A program made the translations under genes and the position numbers. The notes beneath the pieces were generated by a model, which worked only from the letters and a program-made list of their open reading frames with translations, searched no databases and was not told where the DNA came from. A DNA stretch of 64,000 bases from contig LVLI01000080.1 in assembly GCA_001687465.1 (NCBI GenBank), positions 124,001-188,000 of the forward strand. The letters run 5' to 3'. Source of the DNA: Halocafeteria seosinensis. Lineage: Eukaryota. Below are positions 1 to 11,414 of the stretch, in pieces (position 1 is the stretch's first letter; the number at the start of each line of letters is the position of its first letter).

Positions 1-159
1 TGAGCTCTAAAGTAAACGAAGAATTGCAAGTTCCTCCTGGCCAAACAATGAAGCTGGGGCGAAAATAAACATTTTGCATACGTACACAAGGGCATGTATG
101 CCGCCGTAAAGATACGGGTATCCCGTCATCCAAGCTCTACAACAATCCATAATGATGCA

Positions 160-301
160 ACTGACTGCCTTGGTCGATAAGCCAAGATAGGAACATTGTA
201 CACCACTCCATTGTAACTGAAGACCCTGCACATCTGTAAGCTGCTGCAGCCTTCACGCTTCTGGGCGTCAACAATTTCTGTGCGTAGTGGCTGTCCTACT
301 G
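160..301 (-). pseudogene. Decayed partial copy of the MTFMT last exon, downstream of the gene
   Basis: 241-301 ctgctgcagccttcacgcttctgggcgtcaacaatttctgtgcgtagtggctgtcctactg aligns to 564-619 ctgctgcatacacttctggccgtcaacaaattctgcgcgttgtgactgtcctactg. 162-180 tgactgccttggtcgataa matches 489-507 tgacttcgtcggtcgatca at consistent spacing. Confidence 0.75.
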
Positions 302-341
302 ACCAATTCGACTGATGTCCTTGGAGCCGGGAACCTCCACT

Positions 342-1826
342 TCATTCCTCAACTTTAACGAGTTTCATGGTCTCCATGCACTGAGTCAGCTGCATGTCAC
401 TTGCAAACGATTTGGCATTTTTCGCTTGTCGTTGCTGTGCTTGTATTTTCAGAATTTCTGTCATACTATCCCTGGTCTTTACCCAAAGTGACTTCGTCGG
501 TCGATCATAGTATAAAGTGCCAGCCGGTGTGCTGTTACCAATTTCAGCGACCTTCTTTGGGAACTGCTGCATACACTTCTGGCCGTCAACAAATTCTGCG
601 CGTTGTGACTGTCCTACTGGAGGTGCAACTGTCAGCAGTTTCACGCGTATAGCTTGCGGTTGTAAAAGGAACGAACACCCAGGGTTGATGGATAGTGCTC
701 TAACATGGTTGTAGAGTTCCCTGCTGGAAAGTTGGGCAATGTCAACACTCCGCATCTGTTAAAACATCGGTTTCTTATTGAAGATTACGACACGTACGAT
801 ACAGTATCGATGAAGACACGCGTACCTCCTTTGATACTTTCGAAGCTGTTCGACAGTCTTCAATTGACATATCATAGGGAAGCATGGCGGTTTGTTCACA
901 CGCACTATGCACGCTAAGGCTAAGATTCTTGACGCAATCCTCCACTAAGGAGGCACCAGCTGCGGCTAAACGCGTCCTAAGCGTACAATAGGTATCAGAA
1001 TCATGGATGGGGACCTTCTTCTGGCTAATCACTTTTCCAGAATCGAATTGCTCGGGATGTATTTCAATTACAGAAACACCTGCGGGAAAACCGGACGTTA
1101 AAGAATGCTACCGCTATTCAGGGTTGCTCCACTTACCCGTTTCAGATTGATCATCCAATAAAACGTGATGTATCGGAGCAGCCCCACGATAGTGCGGCAG
1201 TAGCGAGGGGTGCATATTGATAGCTCCCCAATTGAGTTTCCCAAGGATGCGTTTATTCTGTACAGTCCAAAGACTCCGTTGATCACAATACATTGACCAT
1301 TCCCTCTGGACTACGCTACACGTACGACAAAATACCCAAATGATACCGCCACGCCAAAGTCGTATGATTCAGTGTTTTCATCGAATAGCTCCGACTCCCA
1401 CTTCTTCAGAGACTTACTGCGTGGAATTCAAAAAACCTCAGGATCATAATGCTTGGCTGTTTTCTTGCGAGGCAGACAGGGATGCCTGTCCTAATTAAAG
1501 ACTCACACGGAAGGGGGAATCTCAAAGAATTTAAGCGAATGTTCCTCGGCAAAGTTCTTAACTGGTAATGAAGCGTTCCGTCGACGTCCAATACGGCGGT
1601 CTCCCGGTGTGATCACACCAATGCTGCCTACGACCGGGGGATCTCCGCTAACCATGTCGTGATGAAGCAGCTTCAATGTTTCGAGCGAGACATCATCTGT
1701 GCCCATGAAGAGGATTTTATAGGGAGGATGAACGGATTCGGGCATCAACTGCGAAGGCGTCCAAGCCGATTCCGTCGTAAACCACCGCTTAGAGACAACA
1801 TTCGACGAAGCCCAGAGGCGCCTCAT
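342..1826 (-). CDS. MTFMT: Mitochondrial methionyl-tRNA formyltransferase (5 exons)
   Basis: Spliced product has an Arg/Ser-rich presequence, [46 protein letters not shown] and KVSKE-MRSVDI..RAL. GT-AG introns near 1506-1418, 1325-1258, 1136-1081 and 824-756. Confidence 0.93.
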
Positions 1827-1884
1827 AGTAGTCCGTCACTGTATTGCACTTATATCAGCCATGGGTGAGTATCATCGGTGCGAA

Positions 1885-1962
1885 CAAATCCGGTTGCGCA
1901 ATGCCCACCTAGGAAGTAATGCAGCATAGTACAGGACCTTCACAAAACTATACCCAAACCAC
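1885..1962 (-). pseudogene. Possible highly decayed MTFMT fragment upstream of the gene
   Basis: Minus strand gives FGYSFV (1941-1958) followed by AALLPRW (LLPRW at 1905-1919), colinear with FGYFV and PSLLPHY of MTFMT. Confidence 0.4.
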
Positions 1963-2215
1963 AAGGAAATTCTACAGGGTACGAAGCACTACCAAATTTT
2001 ACTGGACAACTTTCCAGGACACAATACTGCTGGATTGCTTATTGATTGGTAAAAGTTTGTTCCGCTTTCGTGCTGATAAGCTTGTATGCAAGGCAGAATG
2101 TGTCGCCGTAACCCTCCTTGTTCGTAAAACTACCACCGTGTGCCTACGCGTCATACTAATCATGTTACGACTAAGATTATCGGTACTCTTGATATGGAAA
2201 AGTTTGATTTATACA

Positions 2216-4327
2216 CTATACCGATCCATCTTCATCCTCCTCCTCATCGAGATCCCAATCCCAATCCAAAGCCGGATCTGAATCAAAACTGTCAAAACGC
2301 ATTGACGACAAGGAACTACCATAGTCCATACTATAGTCGTCCTCGTACTCCATACTGTAGCTGTCACTGTGACTTTCATGCTCAAATTCTTTAAGGGGCA
2401 CTCTTAGAGCAGCGTCGGCCAAAGGATCCGCAATTTCCAAGTGACACCGACTGAGCTTGAGTGAGGTCAGGTTAGTGAGGTAGCGAAAAATGTCTTCGGT
2501 TATGTTATGTGGTTCGCAATCAAACAGGTCCAACTTCTTTAAATTCGGTAGGTGACTGAAAGCCAAGTCGCTGATGATAGGGTCATGACTGAAAGGCACC
2601 CCTGTGGGACGAAGATCCAAGGCTAGCGAAGTCAATCCACCCAAGTGCTCAAATAGTCGGTCTGTCACAGACGAGGTGGTGACTTGAATACCAAGGTGCT
2701 TCAAATTCTCCAGTTGACTGAATCCGTTATCTGTTACCCACATGGATCCTACAATATCAATATGCAATTCTAGTCTCGTAAGCTTCGAGAGAAACTGGAA
2801 AACGCCGTCGCTTAGCACTCCCCGAGATCCGATAGCATTCAAAGAAACAAGCTTATCCAAGGGTACGCGGTTTTCCTTCAAAAAAGGCCCTACTGAGTTT
2901 TCTAAATTTAAGGATGTGAGGTTGGAAAGCCGCGAGATGCCAGCATCTTGACCTTCTTTCGCTAGCAATAAAAGACCCGAAGCATTCAACGAAACTAGTG
3001 AGTTAGGAAGGGACGATAACAGTTGCCCTGGGTGTAATTTGCCTAAGCCCGCAATATTTAACGACGTCAGCGCACTTAGACAGTCAAATGAAGTTGAGGA
3101 TACAATTGATCTACAGTAGCTCATATCCAACTCCCTCAACCGACTGACATGTTTGAACGCTTTGCCAAAATTCTCTCCCTCTGTGCACCCTAGCAGGTAA
3201 AGCTTCTGCAGTCGAGGAACGTAACGAAAACCATTTGGAGTCAGTCCATTCAAGGTATAATCCGAGAGATCCAACTCTGTCAAGTTGGGGAGATGTCGAA
3301 GACACTCATCGGTTAGAGTTATTGTCGTTGGGTTGCCTACCCTACTATTAATCTTGAGGTATCTTAAAGATTGCAAGTTGCAAAATCCCTGAGGAGTTAG
3401 CGCGGAGTTATCGACTCCAAGGAGTTCGAGAGCTGTTAGTTCGCACATTTTCTGTAACACCGAGTCGGTAACACGCTGCCGCCTGAGGCCACTGAACGCA
3501 ATCTTGAGGTCTTTAAGGTACCGTAGATTGTCAAAAAGACCTTCATTGAAGTCCTTTGTTGGGGGGAAAAATTCCCCCGGAATTTCCAGCCTCGTCAACA
3601 TGGGGAGATGCTCCAGTGCTCTGTAATCAAACCATTGATCCGCAGGACCTGCTATTCTTAACGTGCGCAGACTTTTTAAACGTTTGAAAGGCTCGACCAG
3701 TCTCTGAGGCCAACAAGAGAGGTGGAGTTCTTGCAGATTTTGGAGTTTTGCCACGGTGTCATTATTCCACTCAGTCTCCCTTACAGAGGCGTAAAGACTA
3801 CATAGTAAAGTTCGACCAATCTTCAGTGTTCCTGCGAAATGGGACATATCCGTTTCGGAATAGTCACCTAGTCGATCTAGAGCAGGTACTTCGAGAACCC
3901 CCCGAGTCCACGATAACTGGTTCACCGCTTCGATAGCCTCATTCAAGTGGATAGGTGGGACCTTCCGCCAATATCCCATCTCCTCCTTAGTATCTGTCGG
4001 ACGATGCTGGAACCACCTCACATAAGTTTTGAAAATATTCACTTCAGTCTTCCTTCGTGGCGTGTTTTTCAAGCTGAATTTGGTGCAGCTAACAGAAGAC
4101 TGAGACGTCTTCTTCTGGGTCTTCGACGTCGCTCCTCTGGGTTTGACATCGCTCCGTTCAGATGTACTGACATCACTTGAGTTGGCTGTCGAGTTTACAG
4201 ACTTTTGCCTCTTGGCGGCACGCATGCAATCTCCCGTAGAACGTCGTGAGGATACGGTTTGCCGAGAGGAGGAAGCTCCGGCTGAGTCCGAACCATTGCC
4301 GCTTCCCGATCGTGTTTGTACCCCCAT
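2216..4327 (-). CDS. Leucine-rich repeat protein with basic/Ser-rich N-terminus and acidic C-terminal tail (single exon)
   Basis: Many LxxLxxLxL repeats (HLPNLTELDLSD, HLPNLKKLDLFD, YLTNLTSLKLSRC). The likely start is ATG 4327 (MGVQTRSG); the upstream part of the ORF-track call overlaps the pseudogene. Confidence 0.88.
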   Translation of the reverse strand: MGVQTRSGSGNGSDSAGASSSRQTVSSRRSTGDCMRAAKRQKSVNSTANSSDVSTSERSDVKPRGATSKTQKKTSQSSVSCTKFSLKNTPRRKTEVNIFKTYVRWFQHRPTDTKEEMGYWRKVPPIHLNEAIEAVNQLSWTRGVLEVPALDRLGDYSETDMSHFAGTLKIGRTLLCSLYASVRETEWNNDTVAKLQNLQELHLSCWPQRLVEPFKRLKSLRTLRIAGPADQWFDYRALEHLPMLTRLEIPGEFFPPTKDFNEGLFDNLRYLKDLKIAFSGLRRQRVTDSVLQKMCELTALELLGVDNSALTPQGFCNLQSLRYLKINSRVGNPTTITLTDECLRHLPNLTELDLSDYTLNGLTPNGFRYVPRLQKLYLLGCTEGENFGKAFKHVSRLRELDMSYCRSIVSSTSFDCLSALTSLNIAGLGKLHPGQLLSSLPNSLVSLNASGLLLLAKEGQDAGISRLSNLTSLNLENSVGPFLKENRVPLDKLVSLNAIGSRGVLSDGVFQFLSKLTRLELHIDIVGSMWVTDNGFSQLENLKHLGIQVTTSSVTDRLFEHLGGLTSLALDLRPTGVPFSHDPIISDLAFSHLPNLKKLDLFDCEPHNITEDIFRYLTNLTSLKLSRCHLEIADPLADAALRVPLKEFEHESHSDSYSMEYEDDYSMDYGSSLSSMRFDSFDSDPALDWDWDLDEEEDEDGSV

Positions 4328-4394
4328 TATCACTCTCTCATGTTTCACTGCACTCGACCAGCCTGAAATGCGGCTGTGTTTGCTAGTACCGATG

Positions 4395-5230
4395 CCTGTG
4401 GAGATGTTCGGACAGAGGTCAAGGAAAAGCTTGGCATTTGAAATGAAAGAAACAATCATTACTGGCAGTTGGAAAATGGTGAAGAAGCGTCACCTGTGCA
4501 CGTTCTCGTTAGAGTTGACGCCATAGCGCCGACGTTTGGTCATCGTGTGGATCACGAGGATGGTATACGAGCTGGTGCACTGAGAGTACAACAGAGCCTG
4601 CTACCAGTGCAAGAAGTGGTTGTCAAAACTCGACCAAGGGACGCCGCTATGGGAGATATAAGCAAGTTCAAGCAGTACGATGTCGATTGTTCCGGGACTT
4701 TTCTTCGTGACAAATCTGTACTTTAGTCTAGCTCCCTCAATTGACTGACATACTTGAATGCCTCATCGATTTTCTTGCCTTCCAATTTAAGCTTCTGTAG
4801 TCGAGGGAGATAACGAACCCCCCCCCCCCCATTCGGAGTTATCTGTGTGTAGTACGGCACACAGAAGGCAGACAACTGAGTTAAATGGGACGTCGGAGAC
4901 ACTAATCGGTTAGTGTTATTTCCTCTGAGCTCCTTCCCCTATCAACCTTGAGGAACTCTAAGACAAGTTGTAAAGCCCTGTTGGGTTTCGATAAGGCGGA
5001 GTTTCGGACGCCATAGAGTATGATCTAGGGACCCCAGACAGTTTCTCCAAAAGGAGGCAGTAGCGTGGTGACCGGGGACGTTGAAACGCATTGTGAGGTC
5101 TTTCAGATGCCACAAGTTGCCAGAAAGTCCTCATCGATTGAAGTCTTTGTGTTGACGAAGAAACCGTCCGCATCTTCCAGCCCCTTTCAAGTGCTGAATC
5201 CATCAAGGATAGTCAGTTTCAGCTATTCGG
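4395..5230 (-). pseudogene. Frameshifted tandem copy of the LRR gene, directly upstream of it
   Basis: 4727 tctagctccctcaattgactgacatacttgaatgc vs 3126 tccaactccctcaaccgactgacatgtttgaacgc. 4789 aagcttctgtagtcgagg vs 3200 aagcttctgcagtcgagg. 4892 gtcggagacactaatcggttagtgttatt vs 3295 gtcgaagacactcatcggttagagttatt. Offset about 1.6 kb, with stops and indels. Confidence 0.9.
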
Positions 5231-5423
5231 TCCACTAACCACCTCAAAGTCCTTCAAATATATCACTATAACGTGTGTCAGGTGGCCAAACGTCAAATCA
5301 CTAGTCCTCCCCCGCCTTCACCATCACTGCATCGGTTTTCAGGCGACTCATGCTGATTTCGGCCATCTAGGTAAAAGCCAAAAATTCGGCGGGGAACACG
5401 GCAGCCTAAATACCACTGTATAA

Positions 5424-8321
5424 CTACTCTTTGTCACATCCAAACGCCATTTCAATCGTTTGTTGTATATCCTGTATGTCTCGTTGCATAATCGTGCTTG
5501 AAGGCGAGCGATAGGAGGCTGCTTGGTCGGAAGTATCTCGTATGTCTTGTTCCTCGGTATCCGCGCAAGTCTCTGAAGACAGATTTTTGTCATCACCGCC
5601 CTTAGCGGCAATTCCTTCAGAACGCGGAGACATGCGGGCAGCTGTACGGACGCTGTTTCCACCTGGATGTTCTGGCACAGCCGCGACCACGCTTGATCCA
5701 TTCTGTCGCTCATTGGTTTCTGATACGCCACGGCTGCTATTCTCCGAGCTTTCAACGTCCATGTAAAAGAAGTCTTTTGCAGTTGGCCTTCGCCTTCTTG
5801 GTAGACCAGATGCACCGGGTGAGCCCTTGGCCGTGGTAGTAGTTTCATCCCTCCAGAGACTACTTTGACTTGATGATCTTACACTGCTGTTTACAAGATC
5901 ATTGTGGACGTCCTCATTTACAGCGGCTGGTTTTGTAGAATAATCATCACCACTTCTTGTGGTCGTTGTGCCACTACTCGAACCGGTCGTTTCGGCAAAT
6001 GTCAGGGGTTTGTTGACAACGGTAACGTCATCTGGTCTCTCATGGCGACGTGTCTTTTGACGATCTACGCTCATCCAGGGAAGATGATGATACGCCGAGG
6101 GTTGGCTCCTTCCGCGTGCAGGGGTAGCGACTACTTCAGGCTTCCTCTTGTAATAAGGTAGGGAGCGGGGCATTGATGGCCACTGACTGTGCTTATCGAT
6201 ACTGCGCGATAGCTCCTCTCTAGTCAACGTATTATGCCCGTTAATCCAAACTTGGTAGCAAATGTCAAGCGCTAAATTCATTAAGTCTGTCTCGCTGAAG
6301 CTAGCGTCTGACGATGACTCCGAAGAGGCTGATGTTCGAGAGCTTCCACTCTTAGTGGCTGTTCGACTACTGCTTTTATGCCGCGTAGGGTTCCGGTTTA
6401 TCATTACTTGGGCGGTACCAATGACTGCATCGCAGCCGAGGTCGGCCGATACTTCTTGAGGAAACGGAGTGGTGAACCCAAGCTCAGACAGTTCAGAGAG
6501 AATATCGTTCTCACTCTTCAGCAGACATTCGCACAATGAATGATGCTTGAAGTCTTCAAGACGGACAGAATCAATGCCCCCATGCACAACAAAGTATAAA
6601 TTCGTTGTCGTGTAGCTGTCACTTAAGTAGCGGTGTCCACCCCGCTGCACGGTGTGTGTTAAGGTTTTCATCCGGGGCATGCGTACTATGGGATAGCAAG
6701 AGACGACTATGGATCCTTCACACATGTACCGTGTCAATTTGAGAATAAGCCGATCCTGGAATCTATCTGCTAACCATCGTCCATCAAAGTTGTTGCAGAA
6801 TACAACCCGGCAGTGGGATAGGGCCAGCGGGGCAAGACCATTGGGCAGATTATCGTCGATGACGTCTCCACTAATTAGAAGTACCCTTTCTTCAAGAGAT
6901 AAATCACCAGCCCTTTGAACTGCATCAATAAGTCTAGCCCTCCACGCTGGCATCTCTTCCCTCCACATTGCAGAGCGTTTTGTCGTATTGATGCGGTTAG
7001 TGATGGGGGATTTCCTTTCTGATCCAAACTTAGGTTTGCTTGAAGAACCATCTCGTTGTGGCATATTGAATGACGAAGGAGGAGTCAATGCACTTTTCAA
7101 GAAGTCCATGTCCTCTCTGGGAGCTATATCCAAAACGACATCGTTCAAGTGAGGCCGTCTCGAATCGTTTGCGTCACAATAAACGAACGAGCTCTCCCGC
7201 CATTCCTTTTGCTTCTTCCTTCTCGAATTGTTGTTGTAAGGACTAAACAAATAGTCATTTACTAACGGCACGTTGACATCGGCATCCAGACCTGTAAAGT
7301 CCTTCCTCAAGTGGTCTGGGTGAGCAGAGCCCGGTAGTTCCCACGATGCCTGAAGAGACAACAAAATGCGGGAGAGTTGGTGGTAGTTAGAGAGCTCGTT
7401 TGGCCAGTATCTACAACCATCTCCCACAGGTTTTGTACTATCTTCTACCCAATTTTCGTATAGTTGCCTGAGACACTTGGAGAACGTTTCCGCCACCTTC
7501 TTACTGAGGTTGAAACGAGATTCAATGACCTCGATTCCAATGGCGTGGCAACCACTGATAGCCGCAAGAGCCAACACTGCATACCCATCTCCGCTTCCAA
7601 TATCAATAAATAAATCATTCGGACGCAGTCCTGTTATAGAGCATATTCGTTGCAGAACGTCCTCATGAACTCTTCCCGGATGTAGGGATTCTCCTTGGCA
7701 GGGGGTTTGGCGATTGTCGGACACAACGTGCTTTGTCGCATTAAGTTTCTTCAGACAATTATGTAGCATCCCTAGCAACCGAGAGTTGCACGTTTCGATA
7801 TCATCTCTCAATTCCCTTTCTTTCCATTTTGCAGGGTTAATCCGGAAAGAGCTGTAGAGTGACAGTTCATCACGCATCCTGTCGTGAAGATAACATTTGA
7901 CACAGCCATCCTCCGTTCCTGGCGAAGTTTCCTGTGAGGAGACGCAAGTGCCATACTGTGAATGAGAAGGCGTGGATCCTGATGGTTTGCCACTGGTACC
8001 ACTGTCAGACGTGATCGTTGGGGCACATATACCAGAGTTCTGTTGGCTTTGACTTCGCTGTGAAGATCCCGTTTTATACGTCGACTGCGAGGGCTCTGTC
8101 GAGGACCCGCACACAGTGCCGCCATCACGTGCCGTAGAAGGATGTCCTCTTTCTACACAGCCGTGCGAATGTTCAGCGAGATCCTCAAGGACGGCCAGTA
8201 TCGTAGCGGGTGCGCGTGACACATATCCGTTCCAGATATGAGCAAGTTGGCTCGTTGTCTCATCACTCTCGGACGGAGGCTCCTGGCTACTTGGAACAAA
8301 AGAAGGAAAATCCGTTTCCAT
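5424..8321 (-). CDS. DOT1: DOT1-like histone H3K79 methyltransferase with a large internal insertion
   Basis: NDLFIDIGSGDGYAVLALAAISGCHAIGIEV matches DOT1 motif I/post-I. SGDV, VVFCNNF and EGSIVVS match the C-terminal catalytic motifs. Low-complexity termini. Confidence 0.8.
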   Translation of the reverse strand: METDFPSFVPSSQEPPSESDETTSQLAHIWNGYVSRAPATILAVLEDLAEHSHGCVERGHPSTARDGGTVCGSSTEPSQSTYKTGSSQRSQSQQNSGICAPTITSDSGTSGKPSGSTPSHSQYGTCVSSQETSPGTEDGCVKCYLHDRMRDELSLYSSFRINPAKWKERELRDDIETCNSRLLGMLHNCLKKLNATKHVVSDNRQTPCQGESLHPGRVHEDVLQRICSITGLRPNDLFIDIGSGDGYAVLALAAISGCHAIGIEVIESRFNLSKKVAETFSKCLRQLYENWVEDSTKPVGDGCRYWPNELSNYHQLSRILLSLQASWELPGSAHPDHLRKDFTGLDADVNVPLVNDYLFSPYNNNSRRKKQKEWRESSFVYCDANDSRRPHLNDVVLDIAPREDMDFLKSALTPPSSFNMPQRDGSSSKPKFGSERKSPITNRINTTKRSAMWREEMPAWRARLIDAVQRAGDLSLEERVLLISGDVIDDNLPNGLAPLALSHCRVVFCNNFDGRWLADRFQDRLILKLTRYMCEGSIVVSCYPIVRMPRMKTLTHTVQRGGHRYLSDSYTTTNLYFVVHGGIDSVRLEDFKHHSLCECLLKSENDILSELSELGFTTPFPQEVSADLGCDAVIGTAQVMINRNPTRHKSSSRTATKSGSSRTSASSESSSDASFSETDLMNLALDICYQVWINGHNTLTREELSRSIDKHSQWPSMPRSLPYYKRKPEVVATPARGRSQPSAYHHLPWMSVDRQKTRRHERPDDVTVVNKPLTFAETTGSSSGTTTTRSGDDYSTKPAAVNEDVHNDLVNSSVRSSSQSSLWRDETTTTAKGSPGASGLPRRRRPTAKDFFYMDVESSENSSRGVSETNERQNGSSVVAAVPEHPGGNSVRTAARMSPRSEGIAAKGGDDKNLSSETCADTEEQDIRDTSDQAASYRSPSSTIMQRDIQDIQQTIEMAFGCDKE

Positions 8322-8479
8322 ATCACTCTACATTATTATCACATGCACTACTTTATCGACTACTATCAGCTATGGACGAACTCCAAAACTTTGATAACCG
8401 CGGCTGAGGCTGCCCACTTCCTCTGCTGGATGGCATCTTAAAAGTGAAACAAATGATTGCACGGATACAACTTCAACTT

Positions 8480-9200
8480 CCCTCGACGCCGCATTATTTC
8501 CGAGGTTGTAGACAATGTAGAGAGCTAATCTAGTGTAGTTGCTGTTGTGTGTTGCTCTTTGTAAAAATAAGCCGCTTCTGAGAAGCGTGGATTCGCGTCG
8601 AAAGGCAAACAAGCGCTAGGAAGAGCTTGTAACTCTTGTCTTCCGGCATCTTGGAGTTCAATCATTTGCCTCCGCTACGTTTGCCTTTTCAGTGATTTCT
8701 GGGTCCCCAGAGAGCTTTAGAAGATCTAACAGCCTTGACACAGGTAGAATACTGATTGAAGGATACTTTGCTTCTACTGAGGAGTTGGCACGAGCCTGGA
8801 AACTTGTGCATAGCCTGGCGAAGACAGCATTGTTTTTGCCCTTCAAGGACAAAGTTTTTTATTCTTACACTGAAAACAGATTTGTGCGCCCTTTGGATTA
8901 TTTAGTACGGCGGCTTATCAGTGTCTCACTCGGAATCAACGTAGTGGAAGGATAGCTCTGAGATCTTGGAGGTACAGCAACACAGCTGACAGCGGCTGAC
9001 ACCAGACTCCGTCTCCGCCACTGCTTGTTCAAGTTGATAGTGAACTGACCTGTTCCAGCGACCGACAGTGGAGGGTACAGGACAGTTTAGGTAAAGCTTA
9101 AGCGTGGCTACCTTTATGGACACATAGTTGGAAACGGTTGGGTATCGTTAGCGCGTCGTTCGAGTATTTGGATAACAGGCAACTGTGTCTTCAAGCTGGG
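8480..9200 (-). pseudogene. Highly decayed copy of the DOT1-like catalytic region, upstream of the gene
   Basis: Colinear peptides: YQLEQAVAETES vs FNLSKKVAETFS; SFHYVD vs SFVYCD; AVFARLCTSFQARANSSVEAK vs AWRARLIDAVQRAGDLSLEER; LKLSGD vs LLISGD; QKRLIF vs QDRLIL; YTRLALYIV vs YTTTNLYFV. Confidence 0.65.
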
Positions 9201-9288
9201 TCTTGAGTCCTTAGCTTGTTGCTTTCGTCTAATCTTTCAGTATATTGTATTCAAGCAATAATTGCTCGAACAAGCGAGTATCGAGAAG

Positions 9289-11362
9289 ATGAATTCGACA
9301 AATGCAAACATGTCAGCAGAGGCACCTAGTGCTGCCCACGTAACTTCGAATGGTTCTGGAGACACTGAGCAGGAGAAAGGGAGGAACATAACGAATGGGG
9401 CAGTTCACGATCTTCCTCAAAGCAAGAATGTTGGTTTGCTTGGGAGTGCAAGGCCTACTAGCGCCAGTAGTAGTCACTCCACCAGTGCCAGCAAACGGTC
9501 CCTCCGGACTGTTAATGATTCCGACAGTCTTTGGCGAAATCCTCAACGGAATCAACATGTACAGAACTGGGCAACCAGTAGAAATAGATCACAGTCTCAT
9601 TCGTCTGTGGAAAATCAACACTATGGAGGAGTGGGAGCTCATATGAGAAATGCTTACTCCAATCAATTTGCTCAAGCAAATCAGGTTCAAATAGGACCTA
9701 ATACTACGATTGCTTGGCTCCCAATCGATGATTCGGTCTTCGAATACCAGCAAACCCTGTTTGACAGGTAAGTTGCGTCAGAGCCCCTTTCTTTTTGGCC
9801 GCAGCTGTCTAATGTTTTGATTCCACAGTTTCACGAGGGAATTGGTGGATTATGTACGTTATACACGAGATCTAAGCAGGCAGTCGAGACTTCGCATACA
9901 GAAGACTGTCGCCAAACTGCGTACTGTTACGACAAAAATTTACCCCCATGCCCAACTTGGAGTTTTTGGATCACTATCCACTGGCTTTTATCTACCGAAC
10001 AGTGACATAGATCTTGTGCTCCAGGTGCGTTTTGCATTCGCCTCATTATATGGTTTGTATGAACTGTGTATAATTGTTTGCCGTTTGTTAACACAGGGTG
10101 ATTTCTCGGTCTCATTCAATCCCACGACTGGTGAGAAACAGAGCTCTCCAGTTACTCCTTCAGACTTCGATGTTCTTTATACTTTGAGCGAGCAATTGAG
10201 GAAGGTAGACTGGATTGTTCACGTTAATTTTATCGACACGGCCAAAGTTCCTGTGCTGAAGTTAAAGACAACGGACTACCAGCGTATCGATATCACCTCT
10301 AGGGGCCAAGAACAAGACCACAGTGGTGAGGCAGCGAGGTAGGTGTAATTGCACGAGTTTGGTAATTTTGCAGTGAAAAAGAGTGTCATTGGGCCTCGTT
10401 TATGCAGGGATATGTTCCGTGAATTCTCCCAAAAAATGCCCGAGCTTTTGCCCATGACGCTGGCACTGAAGCAGTTCTTACGGGAGCAGGGTCTCAACCA
10501 TCCGTACAAAGGAGGACTCTCTAGCTACAGTTTGACTCTATTGATCATTGCATTCTTGCAAATGATGTATCATCAATGTCGGAAGCCTCCTGTCAACGTA
10601 GAGATAGACGGATGGAAGGAGCGATTAAAAGAGGAGCGATTGTCTCGGCTNCGAAAGTTGAACGAGCGACCTCCCGCACCGCCTCTATCGCGGAAGACAC
10701 CACCGGAAACACCGCAGGACGAACCAGAGAAAGCCAAGGAAGATGACGAGAACGATAGCCGGGGCATTCTAACTGTCGATCCTGCTTTTGATGAGAACTT
10801 TCCCTCTTACTCCAACAGTTACCCAACAGCCCCTCAAAAGGGGTGCGGTTGTTCGTTGGGCTTCTTGCTGTTCCGGTTTCTAGAATTTTATGGCGCTTGC
10901 TTTGATTATCAGCATTTTGGACTGTCGGTGCGATGTGGTGGTTACTTTTTCCCGTTACAACCGGTCCCAGTTCAGGGGCAGCAGGGTCCACAGCCAACAG
11001 GAGTAGATCAAGGGAATTTCGGGGCAACTGCCCAAGGTGGGCAGAATAATGGTGTCCAGTCTACCTCTCCTCCCAGATTTGCCACATATCAAAGTATCAC
11101 CATCGAGGATCCTTTGTTTCCTGGTAGAAATGCTGCAGCAGCGTCGTATGCATTTGCAAGTATCGCCAGTGCATTTGAAAGCGCATTCTTCTCTTTAGCA
11201 TGTTTCCGACCGACGCGATTCCAGCCAACGCTTTTGTCGTGCTTGCTCCACAAAGAAGGGTTCACAGATGTGGAGGCTGAAATGCAGGCTATACAGAAAC
11301 AACAAGGAGAACATAAAGGTTCGCATTCTACCGCTCAAACAGTGAATAGTGAAGCCTCATAG
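9289..11362 (+). CDS. Non-canonical poly(A) polymerase, Trf4/TENT4 (PAPD5/7)-like (4 exons)
   Basis: VFGSLSTGFYLPNSDIDLVL (GS..DxD), TAKVPVLK, IDIT, LKQFL..GLN.PY.GGLSSYSL, LG.LL..FLEFYG and IEDPL. Introns 9768-9828, 10025-10096 and 10339-10407. Confidence 0.92.
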
Positions 11363-11414
11363 CAAAACGGGAGAGCGTGTTACCTTATAGAATTTTTGCT
11401 CACATTCCAGAAGT

